Under the pieces are notes generated by a model. It did not search any database. It saw nothing but the letters and a program-made list of their open reading frames with translations, and was not told the DNA's origin. DNA of 64,000 bases from Paragordius varius (taxonomy: Eukaryota; Animalia; Nematomorpha): NCBI GenBank assembly GCA_964247055.1, contig OZ176056.1:9114001-9178000 (forward strand), read 5' to 3'. A program made the translations under genes and the position numbers. Positions 61,040 to 64,000 of this stretch are shown here, piece by piece (the stretch's first letter is position 1; each line of letters starts with the position of its first letter).

Positions 61040-63270
61040 ATATGAATTAGGGTAAAAAGGTAAATTTATTGTGCATTCAGGAGGCTAGATACCGGGGAAA
61101 TAGTACTAGGACGTTAGAGTGTAATTACAAAATGTTTTATTCAGGTTCTATTAGTTACAGTGGGGTCACTATTATAGTGTGTCCAAGATTTTTCTAATTT
61201 GAGGTTAGACGAACCATATATAAATATTGGCCTATGGGTTTTCGTCTTTAGAGTTTGTGTTCCCCAGATAGGATTGACTAAAAAAATAAATTTTATGATT
61301 TGTTAGACGGAGAAATGACTTCATTAACGAAAGACAGAGAAATTATATTTTGTGGTAATTTCAACGGGCACGTGGGACAAAAGAGAAGAGGGTTTAAGCC
61401 TTGCCTGGCGGAAAATGCTACGGAATGAAGAAGGGGCTAGTTTATAAAGATTTGCTCAATCTTATCTATAACAAATACCTTTTTTACAAATGGAATAGCT
61501 ATTTAATTACCTATGAAAGTGGAGTTAAGAAGTCAAAAATCGATTATATCCTTGTGCCACGAAAGTCTTTAAAGTATGTTGTGTAGGCAAATTCATACCT
61601 AACCAAGAGATTAGCACACAACATAATTTAATTATTGTATATATATATGACAGATATACCAATAAATGCTAATAAGCTTATAGCGCCGAGGGTAATTATA
61701 TTGGATTCCTTAAGAAACAGTAAAGAAAGATTTGTAGAAACGGTAGGTATACTGGACAGGAACAGCAATCCAGAAAGTGTTTAATCTCAGGTGCTAAAAT
61801 TAGATAGGCGGAAGTTGAGGTGTTTGAAATGAAAGGTGGTAAAAATAAGGTTGATAGAGAGGCATGGCTGAAAGACGAAAAAATAATTCTGAAATCGCGA
61901 GAGAAAAGAAAATCTTTTAAAATGTGGAGGTTTACCCACCATGTAGAAGACACGGAAAAATATAAAAGGATTAATATGGAATTTAAAAGGCTTGTGCAAA
62001 TGGTGAAAATAGAAAATACGGAATCACTATATGAGGATTTATACATGCAACGTCTAAACAAAGATTTTAAAATTGCTCGACGAAGACACAGAAGAAAGCT
62101 GGACTTGCCCCCTTACGCGACCGCTATTAAAGACAAAAACGGAAAATTACTCGTTAAGGAAGAGATTGAAGAGGTAGAAAGAATATTTCCAGAACCTTGA
62201 ATTGGGCGTTAGTGAAACGAAAAAACCCGAAACCAGACTATGTAGCTGCGCATATTGAAAGCATAAAGAAGTCCAGGTTGGTTTAGAAGAAATGCCTATA
62301 AATAAAACTGCAAGTCCAAAGGATATCATAAACTGTTGGAAAATGTCTGAGAAAGGTATTAAATTATTAACGAATATTTTTACTAATGTAGTTACTACAG
62401 GTATGATACCATCCGAATGGAAGGAATGTTTCACTGTTCTTTTTAAGGTTAAAGGAATATTAATGATTGTAATAATTACAGAGGGATAAGATTGATGTCG
62501 CATAAAATGAAAGTTATTCGAAATAATACCAGATAAACGAATTAGAAAATGGTTAGTATAGAAGGAATCAATTTGGTTTTTATCTGGGAAAGTCCATCAA
62601 CGATCCGATTCACCCAGTAAGAATGCTATTGCATATATAAAGGATTTTCATGGTATTTTTATCGATATTAAAAAGGCGTTTGACAAGATAACGAAAAAAA
62701 GTTCCTGAAAGTTACACAAAATTCTAAAAAGTATGTACGGATCTCACCATGCCAAAGTTAAAACACACCAAGGAGTGTCAGATCCTATTGAAATAAACCA
62801 GGACGTCTCTCAGGAATAAGCAATCAGTCCGTTACTATTTATAATATGCATGGACGAAATTTCAAAAGAAGTGGGGCAACATGGTGGCTGGTATTTTCTT
62901 TATGCAGACGACCTAATAGTTCTGTTAGACGAGTTGCATGAATTAAAAAAATTGTGAGCAAATGGTTTGATGTGTTACGACGGTGCGCAAAAGTTAATAA
63001 AAGGAAAAAGAAACTAAAATTTTGGTGGGAAAAAATGAGAAATGGAAAGAAGGTTGGGCATCAAAAGGTCACGAGGTACGCAAATATTTAGCGATTTTAG
63101 CAGCAGATGGTTCTTTAACACATGATATAAATCTAAGAATTCGAAATAGTTGGACAAATTATATAAAGATTTTAAATGTTCTGTGCGATAAAAATATTGA
63201 TCTATATTTAGAGCGCTGTTGTACATCCAACAAGGATGTACAACTCACAGAGATGAAACAATTATCTTGA
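61040..63270 (+). mobile_element. Decayed RTE-clade non-LTR retrotransposon (APE endonuclease + RT), many stops and frameshifts
   Basis: Endonuclease-like pieces YKMFYSG..SGVTIIV, CGNFNGHVG, ITYESGVKKSKIDYILV. RT pieces GMIPSEWKEC, NYRGIRLMSH, VFIDIKKAFD, ISPLLFIICMD, FLYADDL (62901-62912), DINLRIRNSW. Confidence 0.9.
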
Positions 63271-63279
63271 CAGAAAATC

Positions 63280-63850
63280 CAAACTCATTAACGCTCATAC
63301 TACAACATTTTTTAGATGTCAAAATGAGCCACAGATTAATCTTTCAAAAACAAAGATATTTTACAAATTAACCTAAATGCAAACGCTTCAAAACTGTTAA
63401 CGGAAATTCTATTGAAACAGTCAAAAATTACACAAATCTTGGGAGTATAATACCTGACTATAATAATTGTACTCCCGAGATTAAACGGATGATCGCTATG
63501 GCCAAAACGTCCCATGATATAAGCTTAAAAACTAAAATTCGCACAAATACATTCGTTTTTCCAACATTTCCCTACGGGTGTAAAGGTTGGACCTTAAAAA
63601 ATCCGACTAACGGACTCTGGATGTGGAGAAAACTCCTGCAAATAAACTAACAACACAAAATTATGAGATCTAACTAAAAGTCCTTGATGTTGGGAAAGCT
63701 TAATGCACGTAAAGAAGGATACGGTGATTGGTCAATAATGTAAAAGAAACCAATGCAACCTTGGCAAACTCAACATTAAAATTAAAAATCGCAATCTTTG
63801 GAAAGTCTTATCTACAATTTTGCAAAAAGTCGACCTCGACTTGTAGCAAT
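63280..63850 (+). mobile_element. Second RTE-type LINE fragment (RT thumb and C-terminal region)
   Basis: Pieces QINLSKTK, IETVKNYTNLGSII, EIKRMIAMAK, FPTFPYGCKGWTLK, LWMWRKLLQI repeat a region already represented at ~63000-63270. Confidence 0.65.
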
Positions 63851-64000
63851 TCATACATACAATTTGATGTGTTATTGTGACAATTAAAAATAGAAGAGCT
63901 ATTTAAAAAACCATGATAGGAAATCTTTGGTAAAATTAAAATATATGGTATTAGGTATCATTTATTGAATCATATTCATTGTATAATTATTAAATATCCC

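Noticed and set aside
61696-62503. Minus-strand ORFs of 70-121 aa
   Set aside because: They are antisense to the decayed LINE ORF2.
1-64000. Assigning the organism
   Set aside because: Gene content and composition indicate an AT-rich invertebrate animal, but nothing in the window identifies the taxon without a database search.

Overview
AT-rich, intron-containing eukaryotic (metazoan-type) DNA in four parts. (1) 1-~25,993: the end of a tandem satellite array with 43 near-full ~562-580 bp monomers and 3 decayed edge monomers. It shows an internal ~180-bp subunit structure, nested higher-order duplications, mosaic haplotypes and two kinds of internal inversion. (2) 26,372-43,291, minus strand: a 22-exon M13 (neprilysin/ECE-like) zinc metallopeptidase that I could splice in frame to 1,291 aa, with a very long cytoplasmic tail and a ~200-aa insertion. 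Its introns are packed with a TA-flanked MITE family that tends to sit against splice acceptors. (3) 49,121-53,301, plus strand: a 9-exon transaldolase (325 aa), divergent from the peptidase, whose first intron is only 26 nt. (4) 53-64 kb: foldback/palindromic elements and decayed RTE-type LINEs. No rRNA, tRNA or CRISPR array could be supported. All gene models and alignments were made by eye, without tools.
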